Of a stretch of 64,000 nucleotides of DNA, positions 27,919-36,494 are shown piece after piece. Position numbers and translations under genes: made by a program. The stretch spans positions 1-64,000 of the forward strand of contig JAYZQJ010000057.1 in assembly GCA_036149055.1 (NCBI GenBank), in the 5' to 3' direction. This DNA is from Myxococcota bacterium (GTDB lineage Bacteria; Myxococcota_A; Polyangia; Polyangiales; Sandaracinaceae). The stretch's first letter is position 1; each line of letters starts with the position of its first letter. The notes beneath the pieces were generated by a model. The model had not been told where the DNA came from. It ran no database searches and worked only from the letters and a program-made list of their open reading frames with translations.

Positions 27919-28003
27919 ACGGACAAATGTGTCACGTCGAACACGTACATTGGTACGGATTCTCTTTGCGTCTGAAACGTCATTCGCGTACATCTGTGTC
28001 ACC
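27919..28003. promoter_or_regulatory. Divergent switch region with three operators and a rightward promoter
   Basis: CGGACAAATGTGTC (27920), CGTACATTGGTACG (27944), CGTACATCTGTGTC (27987); TTGCGT-17-TACATC at 27966-27994. Confidence 0.75.
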
Positions 28004-28276
28004 ATGTCTGCGACGCCCCCCACCGCGGTCGAGCGCTTCAATGCGTGGCTCTCCGACAAGGAAATGTCCTCCGCAAAGGCTGCGGAGCTCCTCGGATGCT
28101 CCGTGTCCATGGTGCAAAAGGTCCGGCAAGGGGACCGTGTGCCTGGTCTCGCGCTGGCGCTTGCGATCAAGCGCGAGTCGAGCGCCTGGGGCCCAGGACC
28201 GATTCAGCCTTCGGAGTGGGTGCTCCCGGCGAAGTCGGCGGCTCTCGCCCCGACCGGCTCGGACTCACCCCGATGA
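28004..28276 (+). CDS. Cro-like HTH protein
   Basis: MSSAKAAELLGCSVSMVQKVRQGDRVPGL.LAL.I. Confidence 0.85.
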   Translation: MSATPPTAVERFNAWLSDKEMSSAKAAELLGCSVSMVQKVRQGDRVPGLALALAIKRESSAWGPGPIQPSEWVLPAKSAALAPTGSDSPR

Positions 28277-28353
28277 CCATCACGGTAACCAGCCGACCCG
28301 GCGGCGAAACTGATCCGCCGTTCAGCACTCTGCACACCGCTTCTGGCGCGCCG

Positions 28354-28914
28354 CTACTGTCGGAGCGCGTCTCGCACGAGGGTGCTGTTGGGCGGCTGCG
28401 CCCACCACAGTCCGGAGCACGCGCGTCGCGCTTCGGACTCCAGCACGGCGGCGGCGTCGAGATGGGTGACCTCGAGTCGCCGCTCGACCACGGTCCCGTC
28501 GTCGAGCACGTGCTCCTCGTTAGTGACGCACTGAGCGAGCGCGCGCGCGCCGAAGCGATCGTCGCAGGCCTCATCGATCGCTGTCGTTCCCCCGAGAGGC
28601 TCGAGACTCGGTACCTGCCAGTCGCCGGCGAGGGTCTCGGGCGGCAGGAAGGTCGCCTCGATGGCGATGCACTCGACCACGCGACCGGCGCGACTGCGCG
28701 TGACGTGCAGCTCGCGCGTGACCTCCTGAGGGCCGTCGGGCGCCGGCGCCGCCGTCGGTCCATCCCCGACCTCGACCTGAGGCTGCTCGACCTGAGGCTG
28801 CTCGGCATGCGGCGGCGCCGGCGTGGCCCGTGGTGGCGGCGGCCAGTCCCCGCCACAGGCGAGGGTCAGCGCCAGCAGAAGCGTCGCGGACAGGGTGAGT
28901 CGAGTTGCGCGCAT
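28354..28914 (-). CDS. Antisense lipoprotein moron
   Basis: Lipobox LTLAC; TAGAAT -10 element 7 nt upstream of the ATG. Confidence 0.7.
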   Translation of the reverse strand: MRATRLTLSATLLLALTLACGGDWPPPPRATPAPPHAEQPQVEQPQVEVGDGPTAAPAPDGPQEVTRELHVTRSRAGRVVECIAIEATFLPPETLAGDWQVPSLEPLGGTTAIDEACDDRFGARALAQCVTNEEHVLDDGTVVERRLEVTHLDAAAVLESEARRACSGLWWAQPPNSTLVRDALRQ

Positions 28915-28964
28915 GTGTCGATTCTACACGCGACCGGCGCGGGGCGGACCGGGAGGGCCAACTG

Positions 28965-29300
28965 ATGCAGACGCTCGTCTTCGACCCGAAACCGGGGAGG
29001 CCCAAGGCGGTCGGCCCGGGCTGCACCTATCCTCGCGCGGACAACGCGCACGGCGCGGGCCTCGGCTCGCCGCCCCGCTTCTTCATGTCCGGCGCGTGCC
29101 CGGTTCACGCCGTTCGGGAGCGGGAGCCGGATGACTGGGCCACGCGGACCGCCGTGGCCTACGTGAGCGACCTGCGCCCGACGCCGACGGACGTCGACGG
29201 CGCGATCGCTCGACTCGCGACCGTGCTCCGCGAGGTCGCCTGCGACTGCGCGATGGCCTCGCCGATCGTGCGCCCCGAGCTCGTCGACCCATCGGAGTGA
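28965..29300 (+). CDS. Hypothetical phage protein
   Basis: GGAGG RBS before ATG 28965. Confidence 0.5.
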   Translation: MQTLVFDPKPGRPKAVGPGCTYPRADNAHGAGLGSPPRFFMSGACPVHAVREREPDDWATRTAVAYVSDLRPTPTDVDGAIARLATVLREVACDCAMASPIVRPELVDPSE

Positions 29301-29334
29301 GTCCGCGGCCTTCGCCGGGAAGAGGGAGGACTGG

Positions 29335-29847
29335 ATGATGCTGGCCTATATCCTTGGAGGCCTCGCCGTGGTCGCGGCGCTGCCGTTCGTGCTGCTCGCC
29401 CGCGGCGCGCGCGTGGGCGACGACGAGCTCCTGCTCGAGCACCCCGCGGTGGCTCCGGAGGTGCACGCGCCGCGCCGCCCGCCGCTGCTGTGGGCCCCGC
29501 CCCCGGTGCCTCCGCAGGACTGTGAGTCTTGGCCCGGCGCGCTCAACGCGGTCCTGCACACGGACGGCTACCGCGGTCCTCGAGCCGCGGAGGAGCGCCG
29601 GCCGACGACGCACTACGCGCTCGCGTTCTGCGCCACGCGTCCCGCCTCCGACCCGGAGGGCGCCGAGCACGCCGTCACGGCGACGCGGTGCGGGGCCGTG
29701 GAGGGCGGGGACTCGTTCGCTCTCGACACGTCCAACGACCAGATCGACTGCGAGGAGTGCCGGGCCGCCCTCGGGCGCAGCGAGCTCGCCACCATCCGCG
29801 TCTGGCACCTCCGCGCCGGCCGGGTGATCGGGGGCGGCGATGCGTAG
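29335..29847 (+). CDS. Membrane-anchored hypothetical protein with Cys/His motif
   Basis: N-terminal TM; H...C...CEEC; GGAGG RBS. Confidence 0.55.
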   Translation: MMLAYILGGLAVVAALPFVLLARGARVGDDELLLEHPAVAPEVHAPRRPPLLWAPPPVPPQDCESWPGALNAVLHTDGYRGPRAAEERRPTTHYALAFCATRPASDPEGAEHAVTATRCGAVEGGDSFALDTSNDQIDCEECRAALGRSELATIRVWHLRAGRVIGGGDA

Positions 29848-30421
29848 GCTCGCTGGCTCCGCCTTCCGCGGCCTGGTGCTGCTCGGCCTGCTCGCGCTCT
29901 ACGCGGGGATCCTGTCGGGCAGGGTCAGCGCGTCCGGTGCGCCGCGCCCCGCGGACGCCGAGGCTTGCGCACGGGTCGCGGTCGGCGAGGCGGGCTGGGA
30001 TCCGGCGACCGGGGACGCGGCCGCGATCACCCACGTGCTGCGTCGCCGCGCCGAGCGCCGGGGGGTGTCGATCTCGCGGATGGCGCGCCTCTACTCGACC
30101 GGGCACTTCGACGAGGCGCGCAGCCGACGCCGTTGGATCGCGGGCCTCACGCTCGCCGCGTCTCGCCCCTCTGGCTGGCCCGCGCAGCTCGCCTGGCGCG
30201 GCGACTACCGCGCGCGCTGGCTGGCGATGGTCGAGCACGTGCGCTCCGCGCTCCGGGGCGAGATCGAGGACCCCTGCTCGGGCGAGGCAGACCACTGGGG
30301 CTCGAGGAGCGAGCAGCTCCCCGACATCCACCGCGCGCGCGCGGCGGGCTGGGAGCAGCTCGACTGCGGGGCGACGGCGAACGCGTTCTGGCGCGTTCCG
30401 CGCCGGGGGGACTCGACATGA
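29840..30421 (+). CDS. Divergent SleB/Hydrolase_2-like cell-wall hydrolase with N-terminal anchor
   Basis: ARVAVGEAG...AAITHVLRRR...EDPC.GEADHW...NAFW resembles the SleB catalytic core. Confidence 0.55.
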   Translation: MRRLAGSAFRGLVLLGLLALYAGILSGRVSASGAPRPADAEACARVAVGEAGWDPATGDAAAITHVLRRRAERRGVSISRMARLYSTGHFDEARSRRRWIAGLTLAASRPSGWPAQLAWRGDYRARWLAMVEHVRSALRGEIEDPCSGEADHWGSRSEQLPDIHRARAAGWEQLDCGATANAFWRVPRRGDST

Positions 30422-30548
30422 ACGACCTCCGCCGCCGCCGGCGCCGCGTGCGTCGTCATCACCGCGCGCGAGCTCGCCGAGCGCATCGCAGTCGCGTGGC
30501 TCAGAGCGCTCTCGGCGCCCTCGTCGGCCTCCTGCTCTGGGGGGCTCG

Positions 30549-31802
30549 GTGAAGGTCGGAGGCTACGAGACTCACCCGGCCGCGGACCTCTTCCCGATGA
30601 TGGGGGACGAGGAACTCCGCGAGCTCGCGGCGGACATCAAGCGGAGCGGCCAGCGGCACGCGGTGGTGGTGGTCGGCTCCAAGATCCTCGACGGCCGCAA
30701 CCGGGCCCTCGCGTGCCGGATGATCGGCATCGAGCCCCGCTTCTCGCAGTACGAGGGGGCGACCGACGTCGCCTCGCTGCTCGACTACGTCGTCTCGCAG
30801 AACCTCTCGCGCCGGCACCTCTCGGCGAGCCAGCGCGCCTACCTGGGGGCGCTCCTCGAGGAGCAGTACGCCGCGGCCTCGAAGGCCGCGCAGCGACGAG
30901 GAGGCGGGGACAAGCGCAGCGGCAAGGGATCGGGTGAGGCCAATCGGCCTCAAGCGGTCGACCAGCCGCGCGCTCCGCAGGCCCGCGACCGGGCGGCCGC
31001 CGCGGTCGGGTCGAGCGGTCGCTCCGTCCAGCGGGCGAAGGTGGTGCGAGAGAAGGCGGCCGAGGAGGTTCAGAAGGCCGTCGTGTCGGGCGAGCTGACC
31101 GTCGACGCCGCGAGCGAGCTCGCGAAGATCGAGGACCACGACACGCAGCGCGAGATCCTCGAGCGGAGCAACGGGAAGCCTGGGAACATCCGCGCCCACA
31201 TCCGGCAGCACCAGCAGCGCGAGATCGCGAAGGAGCTCGAGAAGGCGCCGCCCCCGCCTCCGAGCGGACCGTACCGCGTGATCGTCGCCGACCCGCCGTG
31301 GAAGTACGACCTCCGCGCCACAGACGCGACGCACCGCGGGAACCTCCCGTATCCGCCGATGACCACGGACGCGATCTGCGCGCTCCCGGTGGGTGACCTC
31401 GCCGAGGAGGGGTCGGTACTCTGGATGTGGGTGACGAACGGTCACCTCCTGGGCTCGGGCGGCGTCAGCGACGGGCTCCGCGTGGTGCACGCCTGGGGCT
31501 TCGAGCCGAAGGCGCTGCTGACGTGGGCGAAGCCGAAGCTCGGCCTCGGGCACTACCTGAGGAACGTCACGGAGCACTGCATCCTCGCGGTGCGCGGCAA
31601 ACCGACCATCGTCCTCGACAACGAGACGACGCTGCTCGAGGCGCCGGTGCGGGAGCACTCGCGGAAGCCCGACGAATTCTACTCGCTCGTCGAGAAGCTC
31701 ACCCCCGGCTCCAAGCTCGAGCTGTTCGCGCGCGAGCCGCGGGAGGGCTGGGCGGCCTGGGGCGCCGAGGTCGACAAATTCGCCGGGGTGACGTCGCGAT
31801 GA
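30549..31802 (+). CDS. ParB-like N-terminal domain fused to MT-A70 adenine methyltransferase
   Basis: HPAADLFPMM...ILDGRNR...NLSRRHL; VADPPW, LWMWVTN, TEHCILA.RG, EHSRKPDEF, KLELFAR. Confidence 0.9.
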   Translation: MKVGGYETHPAADLFPMMGDEELRELAADIKRSGQRHAVVVVGSKILDGRNRALACRMIGIEPRFSQYEGATDVASLLDYVVSQNLSRRHLSASQRAYLGALLEEQYAAASKAAQRRGGGDKRSGKGSGEANRPQAVDQPRAPQARDRAAAAVGSSGRSVQRAKVVREKAAEEVQKAVVSGELTVDAASELAKIEDHDTQREILERSNGKPGNIRAHIRQHQQREIAKELEKAPPPPPSGPYRVIVADPPWKYDLRATDATHRGNLPYPPMTTDAICALPVGDLAEEGSVLWMWVTNGHLLGSGGVSDGLRVVHAWGFEPKALLTWAKPKLGLGHYLRNVTEHCILAVRGKPTIVLDNETTLLEAPVREHSRKPDEFYSLVEKLTPGSKLELFAREPREGWAAWGAEVDKFAGVTSR

Positions 31803-32872
31803 GCTGGGGCCGCTTCGACGACCGCGCCCGAGAGAACCTCAAGGTGCGCCGGGCCGGGACCGAGGCCTTCGCCCTGTGGACCGCGGCGATCCTCTGGTGC
31901 TGCGAGCACGCCACCGACGGCCGGGTCCCGAAAGAGCTCCTCCCCGACGTGTGGCGCCCGATCGGCGAGAGCTTCGATCACGCCGCGGTCGCCCGGGTGT
32001 GCGTCGAGAACCGCCTCTTCGTCGATGACGGCGACGCCTACCTCGTGCACGACTTCCTCGAGTTCAACCCGTCGAAGGCGGAGCAGGAGGACAAGAAGCG
32101 GAAGGCCGCCGAGCGAGCGCGAAGGCATCGAAGACGGAAAGCCGCCGCCGTCACGCGTGACGCAACGCGTGACGGCGCGGGTGACGATCAGCGTGATGCG
32201 ACGGGTGACGTAACGCGTGACGACGCGCGTGACGTCATGGGTGACGAACCGCGCACGTCACGCGAGGGGAAGCCGGCGCACCGTCACGCGTCGCGTGCGC
32301 ACCCCCGTCCCCAACCCGTCCCGAACCCAAACCCGTCCCCCTCTACCCCCCTGCCCCCCTCCTCGGACGCGTCGCGGGACGTCGACGGGAGCGGGAAGGG
32401 AGCTGGTGATGTAGCGGGGCTCTCCGAGTGGACCTCGTGGGCGCGCCGCGTCCCAGCCGATGCCGGCGAGGCGCAGCACCACTTCGAGCGAGCCTTCGCG
32501 ATGCGGTACGCAGCGGAGACCGCTGGGCAGCACCTGTGGAGCGCCGAGGGCGAGAAGGCAAAGGCCGCCGCGCTCGACCTCTGGCAGGCGTGCAACGGCG
32601 TCGGCGACCGATTCGCGGCTTCTGCGGAGCAGGTCATCGACCTGTACTTTCTCGACGTCGAGGTGGCTCGCGGCGACGTGAAGGCGCCCGGGGGGTTCCT
32701 GAAGAAGCACATCGGGCGGCTGTTCGAGCTGGCCGTTGCCGGCGAGGAGCCCGGCCAGCTCTCGCTCAGGGACATGGCCAGCCGCAAGCCCCGGAGGGGC
32801 TTCGTCGAAGCGGGAACCGATTTCACCGAGTGGGGCGACGCCGATCTCGTCGCCGGAGGAGGATGCCCATGA
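31799..32872 (+). CDS. Phage replication initiator protein
   Basis: MSWGRFDD...TDG.VP...VHDFLEFNPS; internal iterons; upstream of DnaC-like ATPase. Confidence 0.8.
   Translation: MSWGRFDDRARENLKVRRAGTEAFALWTAAILWCCEHATDGRVPKELLPDVWRPIGESFDHAAVARVCVENRLFVDDGDAYLVHDFLEFNPSKAEQEDKKRKAAERARRHRRRKAAAVTRDATRDGAGDDQRDATGDVTRDDARDVMGDEPRTSREGKPAHRHASRAHPRPQPVPNPNPSPSTPLPPSSDASRDVDGSGKGAGDVAGLSEWTSWARRVPADAGEAQHHFERAFAMRYAAETAGQHLWSAEGEKAKAAALDLWQACNGVGDRFAASAEQVIDLYFLDVEVARGDVKAPGGFLKKHIGRLFELAVAGEEPGQLSLRDMASRKPRRGFVEAGTDFTEWGDADLVAGGGCP
32150..32290. repeat. Iteron array (putative replication origin)
   Basis: GTGA(C/T)G at exact 12-bp spacing at 32157, 32169, 32181, 32193, 32205, 32217, 32229, 32241; inverted GTCAC at 32150, 32257, 32283. 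Confidence 0.8.
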
Positions 32873-33570
32873 CCGACACCATCCCGACCGGGATCGACGA
32901 TGACCTGCGCGGTGTGCTCGAGCGCCTCGGTGAGAGGATCTGCTCCGACGCCGAGCTCGAGGCGTACGAGGCCGCGGAGGCGGTCGCGGCGCGTCGGCGT
33001 CTGATGGAGGCAAGCGGCATCGTCGATGTCCTGCCACCCGAGGACGTGGAAGCGCTCGCGCTGAACAGCTACCGCGACGGACGCGCGATCGACCTGGTGA
33101 CGCAGTTCGTGGCACAGACACAGCTGAGCGTCGGCCGCCCGATCCTCGTCCTCATGGGCGGGACCGGTCTCGGCAAGACCGTCGCTGCGGGGTGGGCTCT
33201 GGCTCGCACGCCCGGGATCTTCATCGAAGCTGGCGACCTGGTGCGCGCCCAGATCGCGGCCGATGGCCGCTCGCCGCGCTCGCCCGACGTGGAACGGTGG
33301 CGCCGACTGACTCGGACCGGGCTCCTGGTCGTCGACGAGCTCGGCACCAATCGCGACGTCGATGACGCTCAGGTCGCGTTCCGCGAGATCATCAACCGGC
33401 GCCAGGACCGGCGACGCCCGACCATCCTGCTGGGCAACATCGAGCCGAAGGTCTTCTGGTCGCGCTTCGACTCGCGCACCCGGGACCGTCTTCGAGTCTG
33501 CGCGTTCGTGCGCGGCTTGACGGGCGACAGCATGCGCGCGCCGCGGCGGAGGGATGCCGATGCCCGCTGA
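32869..33570 (+). CDS. DnaC/IstB-like AAA+ ATPase (helicase loader)
   Basis: Walker A GGTGLGKT, Walker B LLVVDELG, IINRR, R..DRL. Confidence 0.88.
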   Translation: MTDTIPTGIDDDLRGVLERLGERICSDAELEAYEAAEAVAARRRLMEASGIVDVLPPEDVEALALNSYRDGRAIDLVTQFVAQTQLSVGRPILVLMGGTGLGKTVAAGWALARTPGIFIEAGDLVRAQIAADGRSPRSPDVERWRRLTRTGLLVVDELGTNRDVDDAQVAFREIINRRQDRRRPTILLGNIEPKVFWSRFDSRTRDRLRVCAFVRGLTGDSMRAPRRRDADAR

Positions 33571-33934
33571 CTTCCCCTACGAGCGCCACGTGGACGCTGC
33601 CGAGCAGGAGCGCTACCGACGGGCGGGCAGGTCGGCCGGCCAGCCGGAGCGCCTTCGGCAGCTCCTCGCGCGCGGCAGCGAGCTCGCGTCCGACGCCCCC
33701 GCGGCGCCCGGTCGGCCGGCCCAGAACGGGCCCGCGTCGCTGGACTGTCGGCACCTTTCCGAAGACCACGAACGTCTCTCGCCCTGGGTCCCGGCGAACG
33801 AGCGCGAGCTGAAGTCGGGCGCGCACCTTGGCGAGGTGACCGGGGGTTGGGTGTGCCTCGCGCGCAACCTCGAGACCGGCCGCCGCGAGCTCGTGCTCGC
33901 GCTCGAGTACGCCGGCCGCGAGGAGGTCGCGTGA
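33554..33934 (+). CDS. Hypothetical phage protein
   Basis: Operon tiling with overlapping start/stop codons. Confidence 0.5.
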   Translation: MPMPADFPYERHVDAAEQERYRRAGRSAGQPERLRQLLARGSELASDAPAAPGRPAQNGPASLDCRHLSEDHERLSPWVPANERELKSGAHLGEVTGGWVCLARNLETGRRELVLALEYAGREEVA

Positions 33935-34179
33935 ACACGGACTCGATCACTCGGACCCTGGTGTCCCGACTTCGTGCGCTCGAGTACCTGGCGTCCGTCG
34001 AGACCAGCCGAGGCGTCGAGGTGGTCGCTGTGCGTCACCCGCGGACGCGCGTCCACGGTGAGCCCTGGCTGGTCGCCCTCATCTCCACCGCGGACTGGTC
34101 GGTCGACTACGCAGTGCCGGTCTACCGGTCTGCCATCGAGGGGGCCGTCGCCGGTGTGCTGGACGGGGGACGCCGGTGA
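33931..34179 (+). CDS. Hypothetical phage protein
   Basis: GGAGG RBS, GTGA coupling. Confidence 0.5.
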   Translation: MNTDSITRTLVSRLRALEYLASVETSRGVEVVAVRHPRTRVHGEPWLVALISTADWSVDYAVPVYRSAIEGAVAGVLDGGRR

Positions 34180-34412
34180 GGCCTGCACCGCCGATCATCG
34201 TGAGTCTCGAGCAGGGGCTCGTCGTTGTCCGCATCGGAGTCCTCAGCCTCCACATGTGCCCGAAGAAGGCGATGGAGGTCGCGAGCTCCATCGCGCACAT
34301 CAGCTCGGCGGCGCTGGCGGAGGCCGAGGAGCACGCCAGGCTCGCCAAGGAGATCGCAGCGACGGCCCTCCACGATGCGGTACGGGCGCGCGGCGACGCG
34401 GAGGACGAGTAG
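34176..34412 (+). CDS. Hypothetical phage protein
   Basis: GTGA coupling. Confidence 0.5.
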   Translation: MRPAPPIIVSLEQGLVVVRIGVLSLHMCPKKAMEVASSIAHISSAALAEAEEHARLAKEIAATALHDAVRARGDAEDE

Positions 34413-35060
34413 GTGATCTTCCTGACGGCGGTCGAGGAACTCCAGGCGTGCCTCTCGGGGGAGCTCGAGGGGTGGATGGGCGCGCGCTCGTGGCTGGGCG
34501 CCTACGTCGACTATGGAGCGGGCGGCGCCCCATCGGGTGGGGACGACAACACCGAGCCGACCGCGGCCGCCCTACATGCGGCGCGCGTCATGGACCTCGT
34601 CGAGCGCACCCTGCGCGCGCTCCCTCGGTCGCAGACGGAGATCCTCGTGGAGCGCTACCGGCCCCGCGGGCCCTACGCGCCCCTGGGGCTCCGCCAGCAC
34701 TTCGGCGAGCTCGCGCCTGTCGTGGTCCTGCTCGCCTCGCACGCCGAACTCGCCGCGGCGCTCCTCGAGCACGTCGAGGAGGAGGACCTGAGGCGCTGGA
34801 TGCGCCCCAAGCGAGGTCAGACGTCGAGGGAGGGGCTCGACGCCCTCGGGGGCGCCGAGCTGCTGCGATTCGTCGTGCGTGGAGCCACGTCCTCGCGTGA
34901 CCTGCGGCGCCTCGTGAAGTCCGTCCACGGTCACGCAGGGGCCGCTCTCCAAGATGCGCTCGTGGCCTACCGTGAAGAGCACGAACGCCAGCGCCGAGAG
35001 GGTAGGGGGCGGACGCCCTCACGTGCGGCACGTCTCCGAGCGGCCCTGGGGGTCGGGTGA
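34413..35060 (+). CDS. Hypothetical protein, positional candidate for late-gene regulator
   Basis: Helical; VERTLRALPRSQTEILVERY resembles sigma/Q-like C-terminal helices. Confidence 0.45.
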   Translation: MIFLTAVEELQACLSGELEGWMGARSWLGAYVDYGAGGAPSGGDDNTEPTAAALHAARVMDLVERTLRALPRSQTEILVERYRPRGPYAPLGLRQHFGELAPVVVLLASHAELAAALLEHVEEEDLRRWMRPKRGQTSREGLDALGGAELLRFVVRGATSSRDLRRLVKSVHGHAGAALQDALVAYREEHERQRREGRGRTPSRAARLRAALGVG

Positions 35061-35413
35061 AGGCCTCACCGGAAAGGGTAGCGGTCGCGGAGGCCGTGGA
35101 GATGCTCGGGGCGCCCGACGCGCGCTGGCTGCGCAGGGTCTTGCGGCGGCGGGCGCAGACGTGTGGCGCGGAGCTCCTGATCAATGAGACTCCCGCGGCT
35201 GCTCGGCCGACGTACGTGGTCGACATGGATGCCGTGAGCCAGCACTGCCCCGACCTGATCAGCGTCGAGTTCCGCGTCGCTCGCGCGTTGCGGTCGGAGG
35301 CGCTCTCGAACCGCACGCAGCTGCGCGCCATCGAGGGCCGTCTCGAGGCGATGCAGGAGCAGCTCAACATCCTGACCGAGTGCGTCCGGCAGATGCGCCA
35401 TAGCCCCCGGTGA
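35057..35413 (+). CDS. HTH-like protein with C-terminal coiled coil
   Basis: VAVAEAVEMLG...ARWLRR. Confidence 0.5.
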   Translation: MKASPERVAVAEAVEMLGAPDARWLRRVLRRRAQTCGAELLINETPAAARPTYVVDMDAVSQHCPDLISVEFRVARALRSEALSNRTQLRAIEGRLEAMQEQLNILTECVRQMRHSPR

Positions 35414-35538
35414 ACGACCACCAGCGATTTCTGGCGATTTTTCTACGGCCTGGAAATCACGGGGCTTTCGCCTCTACCCGTAGCGGGTGAAGGGCCAAAA
35501 TGGTCCTTCTGTGGCCCATCGCTGCACCATAAGGGTAG

Positions 35539-36261
35539 ATGCGCTTCACCGTGGACACGAGCGAGCTCGCTCACCTCGAAGCTGCGCTGGGGCAGCTCTC
35601 TCGGAGGGCAATCCCCTACGCGGCGCGAAACACGCTCAACGCGGCCGCCTTCGAGGGGCGCCGAGCGTGGGTCGCCCAGGTCGAGAAGTCGTTCACGCTG
35701 CGGAACAAGTGGACGGCTCGGTCTCTTCGAGTGGTGAAGGCTCGCGGGACCACCATGCGGGCGATGAGGGCTACGCTCGGCAGCGTGGCCCCCTACATGG
35801 CCACCCAGGAGAAGGGCGGCGTGCTGCGCCGCACCGGAAAGCACGGCGTCTCGATCCCGACATCCGTGGCGTCTGGAGAGGGCCGCGGCGCCCGTCCGCG
35901 CCGCCGGCTGGTTCGGAGGCCGAACCGTCTGCCGAACATTCAGCTCGGCGCCCGAGGGCTGAGCACGATGTCGAAGCGACAGCGCAACGCGGTCGCCACC
36001 TCGCTCGCTCAGCGTGCGGGGAGGAAGTTCGTCTTCCTCGAGTTGGAGAAGCGGAGGGGCATCTTCCGGATCTCCGGCGGGAAGCGCCGGCCGCGGTTGG
36101 ACCTCGTATGGGATCTCACCCACCCCACCGTGCGCATCCCCGAAAGCAACACGCTCGAGCGCAGCTTGCGCTCGATTCTCCCCACCCTCCCGCGGCTTCA
36201 GGAGAAGGCCCTGATGGACCAGATCGCCTTCGTCATGAAGCTGCGCTCGGGCCGCCGGTAG
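35539..36261 (+). CDS. Basic virion morphogenesis protein (gpZ/neck-like)
   Basis: IPYAARNTLN..A...F.LRN.WT..S; position upstream of the terminase. Confidence 0.6.
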   Translation: MRFTVDTSELAHLEAALGQLSRRAIPYAARNTLNAAAFEGRRAWVAQVEKSFTLRNKWTARSLRVVKARGTTMRAMRATLGSVAPYMATQEKGGVLRRTGKHGVSIPTSVASGEGRGARPRRRLVRRPNRLPNIQLGARGLSTMSKRQRNAVATSLAQRAGRKFVFLELEKRRGIFRISGGKRRPRLDLVWDLTHPTVRIPESNTLERSLRSILPTLPRLQEKALMDQIAFVMKLRSGRR

Positions 36262-36369
36262 GTCTGCATCCCTCGCACGCGTCTCGTCGCGCCGGCCTGA
36301 CTGGCCGCACTCGCGGTCATTCGCCGCCTCCCACCCACCCCCTGCCCAGCGCGCTACAGTCGGAGCGGA

Positions 36370-36490
36370 TGTCAACGGGTCCTGTGGGATACCCCTCCCC
36401 CACCGCGGTTTATTTTCACCACCGCCGCCCTCGCACAAACTCTGATCGTTGAACCGAATTGAACCTTCGGCCGGGCGGGGGTTGAACCGC
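36370..36490 (+). other. Putative cos packaging site
   Basis: GGGTCCT (lambda cosQ sequence) at 36377-83; three TTGAACC repeats (36449, 36459, 36482) just before terS. Confidence 0.6.
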
Positions 36491-36494
36491 CGCC

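Noticed and set aside
29529..30548. Long N-terminal extension of the MT-A70 ORF
   Set aside because: It overlaps better ORFs in other frames; recognisable sequence starts at GTG 30549.
35414..35538. Late promoter or terminator between the early and late operons
   Set aside because: AT-richer with short inverted repeats, but no convincing -35/-10 pair or U-tailed hairpin could be assigned.
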